A stretch of 64,000 bases of DNA from Gammaproteobacteria bacterium (GCA_027297435.1 JAPUIA010000158.1:13427-77426); one strand, 5' to 3'. Numbered from the stretch's first letter, positions 53,179-63,420 are shown. Notes: generated by a model not told the origin, from the letters alone. Made by a program: numbers and translations.

Positions 53179-54229
53179 CTAGTCGTCCCAATGCCCACTC
53201 GATGTGTTCACGCACCATCGGTGATGCGGTCGTCAACCGATCCTCGAGCGCGGCAATGATGTCCGGTCGAGACGGGCCATTGCCGAGCGCGATGGCAAGA
53301 TTGCGCTGCCACTGTTCGTAACTGACCCGCCGTATTGCGCTGCCTTCGGTGTTAGCGAGAAAGGTCGGTTCGTCCCAAAGGAATAGCTCCAAAGCCTCGA
53401 CGTCGTCGAGATGATGGCGCGGCGTAAAGTCCGTCTCACGGGTGTTCGTGGCGGTGCGGTTCCACGGACAATACAGCTGGCAGTCGTCGCAACCGAATAC
53501 TCGGTTGCCGATGAGTGGTCGCAGCTCCTCCGGTATCGCCGAGGCGTGTTCGATGGTTAGGTAGGAGATGCAACGCCGTGCGTCCAGCTGTTTCGGGCCG
53601 ACGATGGCATTGGTCGGGCAAACGGTCATGCAGGCTTTGCAGGCTCCGCACTGGTCGGGTACCGGGGTCGTCTGGGAAGCGATAACCAGATTGGTGTAAA
53701 TCTCTCCCAGGAAGAACCAGCTGCCCGCCTCGGGGTGTATGAGCACGCTGTGCTTGCCGATCCACCCGAGGCCTGCCTTTTCGGCCAACGCTTTCTCTAA
53801 TACGGGAGCGCTATCGGTAAATGCGCGATAGCGTGTATCGACCCCCTGCACGAGCGAATCGATGTGTTGTGCTAGTTTGACGAGCCGACGACGCACGACT
53901 TTGTGATAGTCGCGACCGAGCGCATAGCGTGAGATGTAAGCCCGCGATGGGTCTTCCAGCACCGTGATCGGGTCCGCACCGGTTGGTAGATAATCCATAC
54001 GGGTCGAGATGACCGTGCACGTTTGCGGGATCAGTTGTTCCGGATGCAGGCGCTTTGCCAGGTTACGGGCCATATAGCCCATCTCGCCGTTGAAACCGCG
54101 GGCCAACCAACGGCGCACGTGCGGCTCGTGGTGAGTAAGATCCACATCGGTAAAGCCCACTTGCTGAAAGCCGAGCTCGTGAGCACAAGCGCGGATGTCT
54201 TCGGCGAGCTGTGAGGTTTGGCAGGCCAT
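53171..54229 (-). CDS. queG: epoxyqueuosine reductase
   Basis: Start taken at ATG 54229, giving 352 aa; the ORF is open to 54442. 4Fe-4S motifs CGACKACMTVCP and CDDCQLYCPWN. Position between orn and nnr as in E. coli. Confidence 0.9.
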   Translation of the reverse strand: MACQTSQLAEDIRACAHELGFQQVGFTDVDLTHHEPHVRRWLARGFNGEMGYMARNLAKRLHPEQLIPQTCTVISTRMDYLPTGADPITVLEDPSRAYISRYALGRDYHKVVRRRLVKLAQHIDSLVQGVDTRYRAFTDSAPVLEKALAEKAGLGWIGKHSVLIHPEAGSWFFLGEIYTNLVIASQTTPVPDQCGACKACMTVCPTNAIVGPKQLDARRCISYLTIEHASAIPEELRPLIGNRVFGCDDCQLYCPWNRTATNTRETDFTPRHHLDDVEALELFLWDEPTFLANTEGSAIRRVSYEQWQRNLAIALGNGPSRPDIIAALEDRLTTASPMVREHIEWALGRLAT

Positions 54230-54280
54230 CGGAGTCAGTATAATGCGGGTCACGGCGTGGGTGCGTGCTCGCATGCGCGC

Positions 54281-55765
54281 ATGCTGTTGCGAGGAATCAA
54301 GGTGTCTGTCCAGCTCTACACTAGCGCTCAATGCCGAGAACTCGATCGCGTTGCGATCGAAGAACATGGTATTCCGGGGTTCGAGCTCATGTTGCGGGCT
54401 GGACGTGCGGTTTTTGAGGTGATCGTCGATAGGTGGCCGCAAGCTCGGACGATCACCGTGTATTGCGGCAAAGGTAACAACGCGGGTGACGGTTATGTCG
54501 TTGCGGGCTTAGCCCGCGAACTCGGCATGGATGTCCAGCTTCTGCAGGTCGATCCCGGTGTTACTTTTCAAGGCGACGCCGCGTTGGCCAAAGCCTGGGC
54601 GCTTGAGCGCGACGTGCGACCCGACACAACGCTCGAAACCATTCACGGCGACGTGTTGGTCGACGCAATGCTTGGCACGGGTCTCCAGGGTGCGCTGCGT
54701 GAACCCTACGCTTCGATGGTCGCCTCTATCAACAGCCGGCCGGAACCCGTCGTGGCGATCGATATTCCCACTGGCGTCAGTGCCGACACGGGTGCTGTAT
54801 TGGGTGATGCGGTCAATGCAGATGTTACGGTAAGTTTCATCGGTGAGAAAGTGGGCCTCCACACCGGACCCGGACTTAGCTACCGCGGCGAGCTGGTACA
54901 CGACACGTTAGGCGTTCCTGCCGTCGTGCTCGACACCGTCGACGGTGTAGCGATGTTGCGGTTTGATCGTTCCGAGCTACCGAAACTCGACGTCAATTTG
55001 TACAAGCATGGCGTTGGACATCTCGTGGTTGTCGGTGGCGACACGAGCATGGGGGGTGCGCCGCTGATGGCGGCTGAGGCAGCGTTGCGTACCGGGACTG
55101 GGCTCGTCAGCGTGGTAACGCGACCGGAGCATCGCCCGGCGATACTCGCGCGACGGCCGGAGTTGATGGTGCAGGATGGGTCTGACGTGCCGGCAGTACG
55201 AGCGCTCATCGCGCAAGCCACCGGCATCGTTCTCGGTCCTGGTCTTGGTCGCGGTGCTTGGGGGCGGCAACTGTTCGAGCTCGCTACGACCACGAGCAAG
55301 CCAACGCTTATCGATGCGGATGGGCTGCGTTGGTTCGCGGAGCTGCAACCAGAGCTCAACGCGGTGGTGGTGACGCCACACGCAGCGGAAGCGGCCGCAC
55401 TGCTCGGCCTCAGTACGACGGACGTGCAAAACGATCGGCTAGCCGTCGCCCGAAAATTGGCGGCGATGGTGCAAGGCGTCGCGGTGGTCAAAGGCGCCGG
55501 TACGGTCTGTGCGAGCGCCATGCCGGCCGACCCAGGGCTGGGCATTTGTGCCCATGGCAACCCCGGTATGGCAACCGCCGGCATGGGGGACGTTTTGAGT
55601 GGCGTCATCGGCGGTTTCCTGGCGCAAGGGCTCGATCCGCACAAAGCCGCGAAGGTGGGTACGTGCTTGCATAGCTACGCGGCTGATACTGCCAGTGAAC
55701 AAGTCGGCGAACGCAGTCTTTTGGCGACCGATTTGATGCCGGCCATTGCGCAGCTGTTGCGATGA
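54281..55765 (+). CDS. nnr: bifunctional NAD(P)H-hydrate epimerase / ADP-dependent dehydratase
   Basis: ATG 54281. YjeF_N motif VYCGKGNNAGDGYV. C-terminal kinase-like dehydratase motif GNPGMATAGMGDVLSGVIG. Confidence 0.9.
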   Translation: MLLRGIKVSVQLYTSAQCRELDRVAIEEHGIPGFELMLRAGRAVFEVIVDRWPQARTITVYCGKGNNAGDGYVVAGLARELGMDVQLLQVDPGVTFQGDAALAKAWALERDVRPDTTLETIHGDVLVDAMLGTGLQGALREPYASMVASINSRPEPVVAIDIPTGVSADTGAVLGDAVNADVTVSFIGEKVGLHTGPGLSYRGELVHDTLGVPAVVLDTVDGVAMLRFDRSELPKLDVNLYKHGVGHLVVVGGDTSMGGAPLMAAEAALRTGTGLVSVVTRPEHRPAILARRPELMVQDGSDVPAVRALIAQATGIVLGPGLGRGAWGRQLFELATTTSKPTLIDADGLRWFAELQPELNAVVVTPHAAEAAALLGLSTTDVQNDRLAVARKLAAMVQGVAVVKGAGTVCASAMPADPGLGICAHGNPGMATAGMGDVLSGVIGGFLAQGLDPHKAAKVGTCLHSYAADTASEQVGERSLLATDLMPAIAQLLR

Positions 55766-56217
55766 GCGACCCAGCTAACGATCTGCCCCGTTCCCAATTT
55801 TTACCGGACGAGGCCGCGACGCTAACGTTTGGCGGTCGTCTCGCCCGGCTGTTGGCGGGCGCCGACGGGTTTGGCGGAGATGCCATCGTATTCCTACGCG
55901 GCGAACTTGGTGCTGGCAAGACCACCCTCGTCCGCGGCATACTTCGCGCCCTAGGCTATGCCGGTCCGGTTAAGAGTCCGACTTATACTTTGCTTGAGCC
56001 CTATGAAGAGCAAGCCGTCTACCACTTCGACCTGTACCGAATTGTGGACAGTCAGGAACTGGATTTCATCGGTATCGATGAACTCATGGCGGCGAAGGTC
56101 ATCAAGTTGGTCGAATGGCCGGACCACGGGCTTGAACGCTTACCCGAACCGAACGTACAAGTTCATCTTTCTTCCGAGCGCCAAGGACGTCGTGTCGAGA
56201 TTTCTGTTAGCGATTAG
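55762..56217 (+). CDS. tsaE: tRNA t6A biosynthesis ATPase TsaE
   Basis: ATG overlaps the nnr stop (ATGA). P-loop GELGAGKTTLVRG and SPTYTL. Confidence 0.9.
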   Translation: MSDPANDLPRSQFLPDEAATLTFGGRLARLLAGADGFGGDAIVFLRGELGAGKTTLVRGILRALGYAGPVKSPTYTLLEPYEEQAVYHFDLYRIVDSQELDFIGIDELMAAKVIKLVEWPDHGLERLPEPNVQVHLSSERQGRRVEISVSD

Positions 56218-57499
56218 CCTTCTATCCGCCTGCTCCTCGTATGCCGTGGTGTTGGAGAGCGTACGCATGCACGAGGCGCCGGAATACACGAGGGTCGTTT
56301 TCGATACGTCGGGTCCCGTAAAGTACGATTTGTTCACGTTGTCCGACCCGTCGAGGGTCGTCATCGATCTCGAGAATGCCAGCCTGGCACCAGGCTTCGA
56401 TCCGGGCATGGCGGTGCTGGGTCGCCAGCGTGTAAAAGGCATGCGCGCCGCACCTCGCGGGAACGGCTATCGGGTTGTTCTAGACGTCACGGGCAAGTTG
56501 TCGCCCAAGGGTTTTGTGCTGGCACCTGTGCCCCCCTACGGTCATCGTTTGGTGGTGGATCTGTACTCGGACTCAACCGATCGCGCGGCGCTGGTGCCAA
56601 TTGCACAACCTGCCGGGCGTCGCGATGTCGTGATTGCCATCGATGCAGGCCATGGCGGCGACGATCCCGGCGCGCTTGGCGTGGGCCGAATTCGCGAGAA
56701 GCACATCGTGTTGTCTCTAGCGAAGCAGCTCGCTACACGTTTCAACGAGGCATCCGGATACCGCGCCGTGCTTGTGCGCAAGGCCGACTACTACGTGTCT
56801 CTGCGCAGGCGCATGCAAATTGCCCGTGCCGAACGAGCCGATCTGTTTATCTCCATTCATGCAGATGCCTTCAAGAGTGCCAGCGTCAACGGGGTATCCG
56901 TGTACACGTTGTCCGACCGCGGAGCCTCGAGCGAGACTGCGCGATGGTTGGCCGAGAAGGAAAATAGCTCGGATTTGATCGGCGGCGTTGGTGACGTCAG
57001 CCTCGATGACAAGGATGATCTGTTGGCTCACGTATTGCTGGACCTCTCCATGGATGCCAATCGGCTCGCCAGCATCGAAGCGGGGGCCGCCGTGCTGGGC
57101 AAGTTGGGCAGGGTCGCCAGGTTGCACAAGAAGCGGGTGGAGCAGGCCGGCTTCGTCGTTTTGAAGTCCCCCGATATTCCCAGTGTGTTGATCGAGACCG
57201 GTTACATATCCAATCCAGCGGAAGCTCGGCAGTTGAATCGCGCGGACTATCAAAGCCGCATCGTCGGGGCGATCTATGCGGGCTTGCGACTGTATTTCGA
57301 AAGCTCGCCGCCCGCCGGGACGCTCTTAGCCTATCGAAGGGAACAAGGAGACGTGAGCTACACGATCGAAAGCGGCGATACGCTTTCCGGCATTGCGGCA
57401 CGCTATGGCACGAGTGCGGAATCGATACGGCGGGTCAATGGACTGTCGACGGACCGCATCCGCGTGGGCCAAGTCATACTGATTCCGACCAACAGCTAA
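56192..57499 (+). CDS. amiB: N-acetylmuramoyl-L-alanine amidase (AMIN-amidase_3-LysM)
   Basis: GTG 56192 lies inside the tsaE 3' end. Signal/lipobox-like LLAISLLSAC. AMIN domain (VRMHEAPEYTRVVFD), amidase core (IAIDAGHGGDDPGA, ISIHAD, LIETGYISN) and C-terminal LysM (YTIESGDTLSGIAARYG). Symbol assigned by synteny. Confidence 0.88.
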   Translation: MSRFLLAISLLSACSSYAVVLESVRMHEAPEYTRVVFDTSGPVKYDLFTLSDPSRVVIDLENASLAPGFDPGMAVLGRQRVKGMRAAPRGNGYRVVLDVTGKLSPKGFVLAPVPPYGHRLVVDLYSDSTDRAALVPIAQPAGRRDVVIAIDAGHGGDDPGALGVGRIREKHIVLSLAKQLATRFNEASGYRAVLVRKADYYVSLRRRMQIARAERADLFISIHADAFKSASVNGVSVYTLSDRGASSETARWLAEKENSSDLIGGVGDVSLDDKDDLLAHVLLDLSMDANRLASIEAGAAVLGKLGRVARLHKKRVEQAGFVVLKSPDIPSVLIETGYISNPAEARQLNRADYQSRIVGAIYAGLRLYFESSPPAGTLLAYRREQGDVSYTIESGDTLSGIAARYGTSAESIRRVNGLSTDRIRVGQVILIPTNS

Positions 57500-57535
57500 A
57501 CTTGCAACCCGGTTCGGCTTCGCTACATTGTGCTC

Positions 57536-59311
57536 ATGGGCGGGCGAATCGCGGAATTATCGGAGTTTGTTGCCAATCAGATCGCGGCGGGCGAGGTCGT
57601 GGAACGACCCGCCTCGACGGTCAAAGAACTCGTCGAAAACAGTTTGGACGCCGACGCTACGCACATTGAGGTGCAGATCGAACAAGGCGGCGTTAAGCGC
57701 GTGATGGTCCGGGACGATGGCCACGGCATGCATGCGGACGATTTACCACTCGCGGTCAGCCGCCATGCCACCAGCAAGATAGCCACGGCCGAGGACTTGT
57801 TGGGGGTGGCGAGCTTGGGTTTTCGAGGTGAGGCGTTGGCCAGCGTCGCGTCGGTTGCACGTCTGACGGTGGTCAGTCGAACCCGGGACCAAGCGATGGG
57901 TAGCTTTCTGGAGATACTCGGCGGCCAACGCCAAGCGACAGGGCCGCGAGCGCACCCGGTCGGTACGACGGTGGAGGTGCACGACCTTTTCTTCAACATC
58001 CCGGCACGCCGCAAATTCCTGAAAACCGAACGCACCGAAGCCGGTCATGTCGAACTGTGCTTGCGTAGGCTGAGCCTGGGACACTTTGACGTGGCCTTTG
58101 ATATCCGCATTGGCAGCAAGCACTTGCGATTGCCGGGTGGGGTGCCAGAGCAGCGCTTGGCGTCGATCTGGAGCCACGAATTCGTCAGTCGGTCGATCAC
58201 CATAGACGAACATCGTAATTCGCTGCACCTCACCGGCTGGGTCGGTTTGCCGACGGTGTCGCGCAAGCAAACCGATCAACAGGTGTTCTTTGTCAACGGC
58301 CGGGTAGTTCGTGACAGACTGGTCGCTCACGCCATCCGGCAGGCCTATCGAGACCTGTTGTTTCACGGGCGACACCCGGTGTTTGCGCTGTATCTGGAGA
58401 TCCCGCCGGACAGGGTGGACGTCAACGTCCATCCGACCAAGTTTGAGGTGCGTTTTCGCGATACACGCGACATTCACGATTTCGTATTCGCCAGTCTTGC
58501 CAGAGCGCTGCGCGATGTGCGTCCTGGTTCGGTGCCGCCACCGGCAAGCCCTATGCATACCGTCCCCGTAGCCTATCAGACGGCAAGCCAGCCGAGCTTG
58601 GGTTTAGGCGGACCAACATTGGTTGCGGCCGAGCGGTTGGCGAGCTATCGCAGGGCGGCAACGCCGGCGTCCGTGACCGCATCGTCACAGGGCGATGTTC
58701 CCCCTCTTGGATATGCGGTAGCGCAGCTGCACGGCGTCTATATCCTCGCCCAAAACGCGGAGGGGATGGTCATCGTCGACATGCATGCGGCGCACGAACG
58801 CGTGACCTATGAAAAGCTAAAGGCTGCCGTTGCTGCCGATGGCATCGCCACCCAGCGTTTGCTCGTACCGTTGGCCCTCGACACGACCCAACGGGAAGCC
58901 GAGTTGGCCGAGGTCGCGGGTAACGCAATCGCCGCGATGGGCCTCGTCATCGACCGAACCGGAACGCGCAGTGTGACGGTACGCGAAATTCCAGCGCTGT
59001 TGGCGGGTGGCGACGTCGAAGGCTTAGCGCGCGATGTGCTGGTCGATTTGTCCGAGCATGCCGGTCTCGACCTTGACGACGGACATCCGATCGACAGCCG
59101 CGAGGTTGCTGATCGTCAAGACGACCTCTTGGCGACGATGGCCTGTCATGGATCGGTGCGCGCCAACCGACAGCTGTCGATCGACGAGATGAATGCGTTG
59201 TTGCGTGAAATGGAACAGACCGAGAACGCTGAGCAATGCAATCACGGACGACCGACGTTCTTCGTGCAGACGCTCAAAGATCTCGATCGGCATTTTCTCC
59301 GTGGCCGGTAG
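57536..59311 (+). CDS. mutL: DNA mismatch repair protein MutL
   Basis: ATG 57536; the ORF opens at GTG 57530. ANQIAAGEVVERPASTVKELVENSLDA (GHKL) and C-terminal ACHGSVRANR and CNHGRPT. Confidence 0.95.
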   Translation: MGGRIAELSEFVANQIAAGEVVERPASTVKELVENSLDADATHIEVQIEQGGVKRVMVRDDGHGMHADDLPLAVSRHATSKIATAEDLLGVASLGFRGEALASVASVARLTVVSRTRDQAMGSFLEILGGQRQATGPRAHPVGTTVEVHDLFFNIPARRKFLKTERTEAGHVELCLRRLSLGHFDVAFDIRIGSKHLRLPGGVPEQRLASIWSHEFVSRSITIDEHRNSLHLTGWVGLPTVSRKQTDQQVFFVNGRVVRDRLVAHAIRQAYRDLLFHGRHPVFALYLEIPPDRVDVNVHPTKFEVRFRDTRDIHDFVFASLARALRDVRPGSVPPPASPMHTVPVAYQTASQPSLGLGGPTLVAAERLASYRRAATPASVTASSQGDVPPLGYAVAQLHGVYILAQNAEGMVIVDMHAAHERVTYEKLKAAVAADGIATQRLLVPLALDTTQREAELAEVAGNAIAAMGLVIDRTGTRSVTVREIPALLAGGDVEGLARDVLVDLSEHAGLDLDDGHPIDSREVADRQDDLLATMACHGSVRANRQLSIDEMNALLREMEQTENAEQCNHGRPTFFVQTLKDLDRHFLRGR

Positions 59312-59444
59312 GTCACTGCGAAGTAGGCGCCCGCTCGGCATTAGAGCTTCGCGGTACTAGGGTTGCAAAACACGCTGCTAGGTTCTGGCCAGGGATGGCC
59401 AAGCGAGAGTCGAGCCCGTAGGTGCTTGATTCGTCGTGCGGGTT

Positions 59445-59496
59445 CCGCCGGCCACGGACGGCCGGCGGGTGAGAGACGATTCGTAGAATCGTTTTT
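59445..59496 (+). terminator. GC-rich hairpin followed by a rho-independent-type terminator between mutL and miaA
   Basis: A perfect 9-bp stem CCGCCGGCC/GGCCGGCGG (59445-59453 pairing with 59460-59468). Then ACGATTC-gta-GAATCGT (59476-59492) running into a T5 tract. It ends 18 nt before the miaA ATG. Confidence 0.5.
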
Positions 59497-59514
59497 CAAC
59501 AGGGTGTTAGGCGA

Positions 59515-60450
59515 ATGCCGGTACTGACGTTGTTGGGTCCAACCGCTGTCGGTAAGACCGACATAGCCCTCGCACTTGCCGATCGGATGCCGTGTCACCT
59601 GATCAGTATGGACTCGGCGATGGTGTATCGCGGTATGGATATCGGCACGGGCAAGCCGAACGGAGACACCCTGTTGAAGTATCCACATGCCTTGATTGAT
59701 ATTCGTGAACCTGGGGATCCGTACTCTGCTGCGAACTTTGTGGAGGATGCCGACCAGCAGGTCGCCATCGCGGTCGAGGCGGGCAAGCTACCGGTCATCG
59801 TCGGCGGCACGATGTTGTATGCGCGTGCCTTCCGTGAAGGTTTGGCAAAACTGCCCCGCGCCGATCCGGAGGTTCGGGCGCAGATCGTCGATGCAGCCTC
59901 GCGGCAAGGTTGGGCCGTGCTGTACGAAAAGTTGCAAAGGCTCGATCCGACGGCGGCCGCGAACATACACCCCAACAACACACAGCGGTTGCAGCGGGCT
60001 CTGGAGGTCATCGAAACAACCGGACGACCCATCTCGGAGATTTGGCGTGAGCAGGGGAGTCAAGCGGTGACTGCGCGCCTGGGCGAGGAACTGATCGAGG
60101 TGACGATACTGCCGGGCGCCAGGGGCGACCTGCACCAGCGTATCGCCGTGCGGTTCGACGCCATGTTGGCAGGGGGGTTTCAGAGCGAGGTGGCCGCCCT
60201 CAAAGCGAGTGGCCTGCGGCTTGACCTGCCTTCCATGCGCGCGGTCGGTTACCGTCAGATGTGGCAACATCTCGACGGCGAATTCGATGCGCCCGAGATG
60301 CGGCAAAAAGCCATCGCTGCGACTCGTCAGTTGGCGAAACGGCAGCTCACCTGGCTCCGTGGATGGGGGTGGATCCCACAGCTGACTTGGGGTGATCCTA
60401 CCAGGGTGGCAGAGCGAGTCTTGTCGCTGGTGAACCACAGGCTCCGTTGA
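59515..60450 (+). CDS. miaA: tRNA dimethylallyltransferase
   Basis: P-loop LLGPTAVGKT, SMDSAMVYRGMDIGTGKP and NNTQRLQRALEV. Confidence 0.95.
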   Translation: MPVLTLLGPTAVGKTDIALALADRMPCHLISMDSAMVYRGMDIGTGKPNGDTLLKYPHALIDIREPGDPYSAANFVEDADQQVAIAVEAGKLPVIVGGTMLYARAFREGLAKLPRADPEVRAQIVDAASRQGWAVLYEKLQRLDPTAAANIHPNNTQRLQRALEVIETTGRPISEIWREQGSQAVTARLGEELIEVTILPGARGDLHQRIAVRFDAMLAGGFQSEVAALKASGLRLDLPSMRAVGYRQMWQHLDGEFDAPEMRQKAIAATRQLAKRQLTWLRGWGWIPQLTWGDPTRVAERVLSLVNHRLR

Positions 60451-60650
60451 ACGTTCCGAAATCGCTGGTTGTTGCAATAGGTGAGGGGTGTGGCCATAGT
60501 AGTTGCAAGCCTTGACGAATCGCCTCGTCCCGAGCATTGGGTTGAACCGAAGGCCCGTAGGACGGTCAGACAGAATACCAGAGGCGTTCGAAATCAAAGG
60601 AGCAGGCCCGCCCGATTCGTACAGCCAGTGCTACGTTTACAAGTAGATCG

Positions 60651-60698
60651 AATAACAAGGCTTACAAAACAAACAAAGGGGCATAAAAGGAGAAGATC
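60651..60698 (+). promoter_or_regulatory. A-rich hfq leader with Shine-Dalgarno sequence
   Basis: AATAACAAGGCTTACAAAACAAACAAAGGGGCATAAAAGGAGAAG. It has repeated A-R-N-like triplets, and AAGGAG lies at 60687-60692. Confidence 0.5.
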
Positions 60699-60947
60699 AT
60701 GTCAAAAGGGCATTCCCTACAAGACCCTTATCTGAACACGCTGCGCAAGGAACGCATTCCTGTGTCCATTTACCTGGTTAACGGCATCAAGCTGCAGGGC
60801 CAGATCGAGTCGTTTGATCAGTTCGTCGTGCTGCTTAGGAACTCGGTCAGCCAGATGATCTACAAACATGCCATATCCACCGTGGTACCCTCTCGCAATG
60901 TTCGGCTCACACCCCAAAACGACGGGGATGAACCGCCGGATGAGTGA
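60699..60947 (+). CDS. hfq: RNA chaperone Hfq
   Basis: [53 protein letters not shown] gives the Sm1/Sm2 motifs. AAGGAG lies 7 nt upstream of the ATG. Confidence 0.97.
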   Translation: MSKGHSLQDPYLNTLRKERIPVSIYLVNGIKLQGQIESFDQFVVLLRNSVSQMIYKHAISTVVPSRNVRLTPQNDGDEPPDE

Positions 60948-60985
60948 TCGTCTGGGGGGTTTCGCGTCCCCGTTAAGGACCAGGT

Positions 60986-62275
60986 TTGTTTTTTGATCGC
61001 TTTGACGTTGGCCGCCACGCCGTCCTCCTACACGTTCGGCTAGACGACACCGAGACCTTTGACGCCCAAGAATTTGGGGAGTTGGCGCGCTCGGCTGGAA
61101 TCGACGTGGTGGGCGAGATGCTGGCATCTCGCCGCCAAGCGCATCCGCGGTGGTTGGTGGGGTCCGGCAAGGTGGAGGAGGCGCGCGACCACGTCATTGC
61201 CGTGGAAGCCAATCTGGTCCTGGTCAACGCCGAGATGACGCCGGGTCAACAGCGCAACTTGGAGGTGGCGGTAGAGTGTCGGGTTATGACCCGCACGGAA
61301 CTCATCCTCAATATCTTCGCGGACCGCGCCCGCACCCATGAAGGCCAGCTACAGGTTGAACTGGCGCAGCTGAAACATGCCCAAACTCGTTTGATTAGGG
61401 GTTGGACGCACCTCGATCGGCAGAAAGGCGGAATCGGCTTACGCGGTGCGGGTGAAACTCAACTGGAACTCGACCAACGGCTGCTCGGTGAACGCATCAA
61501 GACCCTACAGAAAAAACTTGGGCGGGTGGAGCGGCGCCGCGGGCAGGGTCGCCGCCGCCGGCATCGTTCGGGCACACGGACAATTGCCCTCGTGGGCTAC
61601 ACCAATGCAGGTAAGTCGACGCTGTTCAATACGCTGACATCAGCCGACGTGGCTGTCCAAGACCGGCTCTTTGCGACCCTGGATCCAACGATGCGCAAGC
61701 TCAAGATACCTGGTGTGGGTGACGTGGTTATGGCCGATACCGTTGGCTTCGTCAGTCGTTTGCCGCATACCTTGGTTGACGCATTCAAAGCGACCCTCGA
61801 GGAGCTGAAGGGTTCCGATCTACTTCTACACGTGGTTGACGGCAGCGTATTGGATTCGGACCGACGGGTCGCGGACGTTCTGGAAGTGTTGAAAGAGATC
61901 GGTGCCGCGTCGGTACCGATGGTTACGGTATTGAACAAGTCCGATTTGGTCACCAAGGGCGAACTGCCCTTGAAAGACACGTTGCGGGTCAGTGCCAGGA
62001 CAGGCGCCGGGCTCGAGAACCTAATCGACGCGTTGGGACGAGCTTTGGGAGTCGAAGGATGCCCGATCGAGGTGATGCTGCCGGCCGCTCAAGGCAAAAC
62101 TCGGGCCTGGCTGTACGAGGCCGGGGCGGTGCTGGATGAGCAGACGGCCGCCGATGGAGGCGTCGTGCTCACCGTTCGCGCCGACAATCGCCTGTTGAAC
62201 CGATTGCGACGAACCCCACGAGTCTTCTTGCGCAACCTCGGCCCCGTGCCTAGAATTTCATCCCTGCCCAATTAA
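60986..62275 (+). CDS. hflX: GTPase HflX
   Basis: TTG 60986 (FFDRFD...). G1 GYTNAGKSTL, G3 DTVGF, G4 NKSD. Confidence 0.93.
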   Translation: MFFDRFDVGRHAVLLHVRLDDTETFDAQEFGELARSAGIDVVGEMLASRRQAHPRWLVGSGKVEEARDHVIAVEANLVLVNAEMTPGQQRNLEVAVECRVMTRTELILNIFADRARTHEGQLQVELAQLKHAQTRLIRGWTHLDRQKGGIGLRGAGETQLELDQRLLGERIKTLQKKLGRVERRRGQGRRRRHRSGTRTIALVGYTNAGKSTLFNTLTSADVAVQDRLFATLDPTMRKLKIPGVGDVVMADTVGFVSRLPHTLVDAFKATLEELKGSDLLLHVVDGSVLDSDRRVADVLEVLKEIGAASVPMVTVLNKSDLVTKGELPLKDTLRVSARTGAGLENLIDALGRALGVEGCPIEVMLPAAQGKTRAWLYEAGAVLDEQTAADGGVVLTVRADNRLLNRLRRTPRVFLRNLGPVPRISSLPN

Positions 62276-62289
62276 CAACGGAGCACCAC

Positions 62290-63420
62290 ATGGCGTGGAA
62301 CGAACCCGGCGGAAACGACAAGGACCCCTGGGGTAATCGCGGCGACAGGGGCCCACCGGACCTGGATGAGGCTTTTAAAAAACTGCAATCGCAGCTGTCG
62401 GGTATTTTCGGCAGTCGGAAGGGCGGCGGCGGTCAAGGCAGCGCGGGTATCAACGCCGGTCTATTTGCCGTAGGCCTGTTGGTGTTCGCGATCGGCTATG
62501 GACTGTGGGGCCTATATCAACTCGACCAGGGCGAGCGCGGTGTCGTGTTTCGCTTTGGTGCGGCTCAGGAAGGCGTGGTGTTACCCGGCTTGCACTGGAA
62601 CCCGCCGATCATAGACCGTGTCGTGAAGGTCAACGTAACGCAGGTTCGGTCGAAGAGCCACCAGGCGCTCATGCTGACCGAGGACGAGAACATTGTCGAC
62701 GTGAGCATGACCGTGCAGTACGTCGTCGATGACCCGATTGCTTTCCTGGTGCAGGTGCGCAATCCCGAGATCAGCCTGGCTCATGCGACCGAGAGCGCGC
62801 TCAGGCATGTGGTCGGTGGATCGATCATGGACCAAGTCATCACCGATGGCCGGGCCGCCATCGCGGTCGAGGTGCAAGAACGGCTGCAGTCTTACCTCGA
62901 CCGATACGGCACCGGCATTTTGGTCAGCAAAGTCAACATCGATGAGAGTGCTCCGCCCAACCAGGTGCGCGATGCGTTCAACGACGTGCAGAAGGCCAAG
63001 GAAGACGAGCAGCGGGTGATCAACGACGCCAGCGCCTATTCGGAAAGCATCATTCCCAACGCCCGGGGTGAAGCGCAACAGATCCTCGAAGAAGCCAACG
63101 CCTACCGCGACCGGGTCATCGCGCGGGCCGAGGGCGAGGCAAACCGTTTCGAGAAGCTCTTGTTCGAGTACCAACTCGCCCCGAACGTGACACGGGACAG
63201 GCTCTACATCGACGCGATCGAATCGGTGTTAGTCAACAGCTCGAAGATCATGGTAGACGTGGAGGGGGGCAACAATCTCCTGTACCTGCCTCTGGATCGA
63301 CTCACCCAACCCGCAGGCGCCATTGGCGGCGCGGTCACGCAGGATACGGTGCGCAGCCTGGCAGATGCCGTCATGCGCGAAGTCAACGACCGCATTGCGA
63401 GCGGCCGAATTCAGCGATAA
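62290..63420 (+). CDS. hflK: FtsH protease modulator HflK
   Basis: MAWNEPGGNDKDPWG N-terminus, one TM helix and an SPFH/band-7 domain. Follows hflX. Confidence 0.93.
   Translation: MAWNEPGGNDKDPWGNRGDRGPPDLDEAFKKLQSQLSGIFGSRKGGGGQGSAGINAGLFAVGLLVFAIGYGLWGLYQLDQGERGVVFRFGAAQEGVVLPGLHWNPPIIDRVVKVNVTQVRSKSHQALMLTEDENIVDVSMTVQYVVDDPIAFLVQVRNPEISLAHATESALRHVVGGSIMDQVITDGRAAIAVEVQERLQSYLDRYGTGILVSKVNIDESAPPNQVRDAFNDVQKAKEDEQRVINDASAYSESIIPNARGEAQQILEEANAYRDRVIARAEGEANRFEKLLFEYQLAPNVTRDRLYIDAIESVLVNSSKIMVDVEGGNNLLYLPLDRLTQPAGAIGGAVTQDTVRSLADAVMREVNDRIASGRIQR

Noticed and set aside
54230-54442. N-terminal 71-aa extension of queG. Similar upstream extensions exist for fabV (3298), the GNAT gene (8840), the membrane protein (10340), waaF (20553), waaC (21497), waaG (22464), amiB (55958) and the PilZ-like gene (49200).
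   Set aside because: The extensions overlap neighbouring genes or promoters, lack family-conserved sequence, and internal starts reproduce the canonical N-termini and lengths. I used the internal starts, and some remain uncertain by a few codons.
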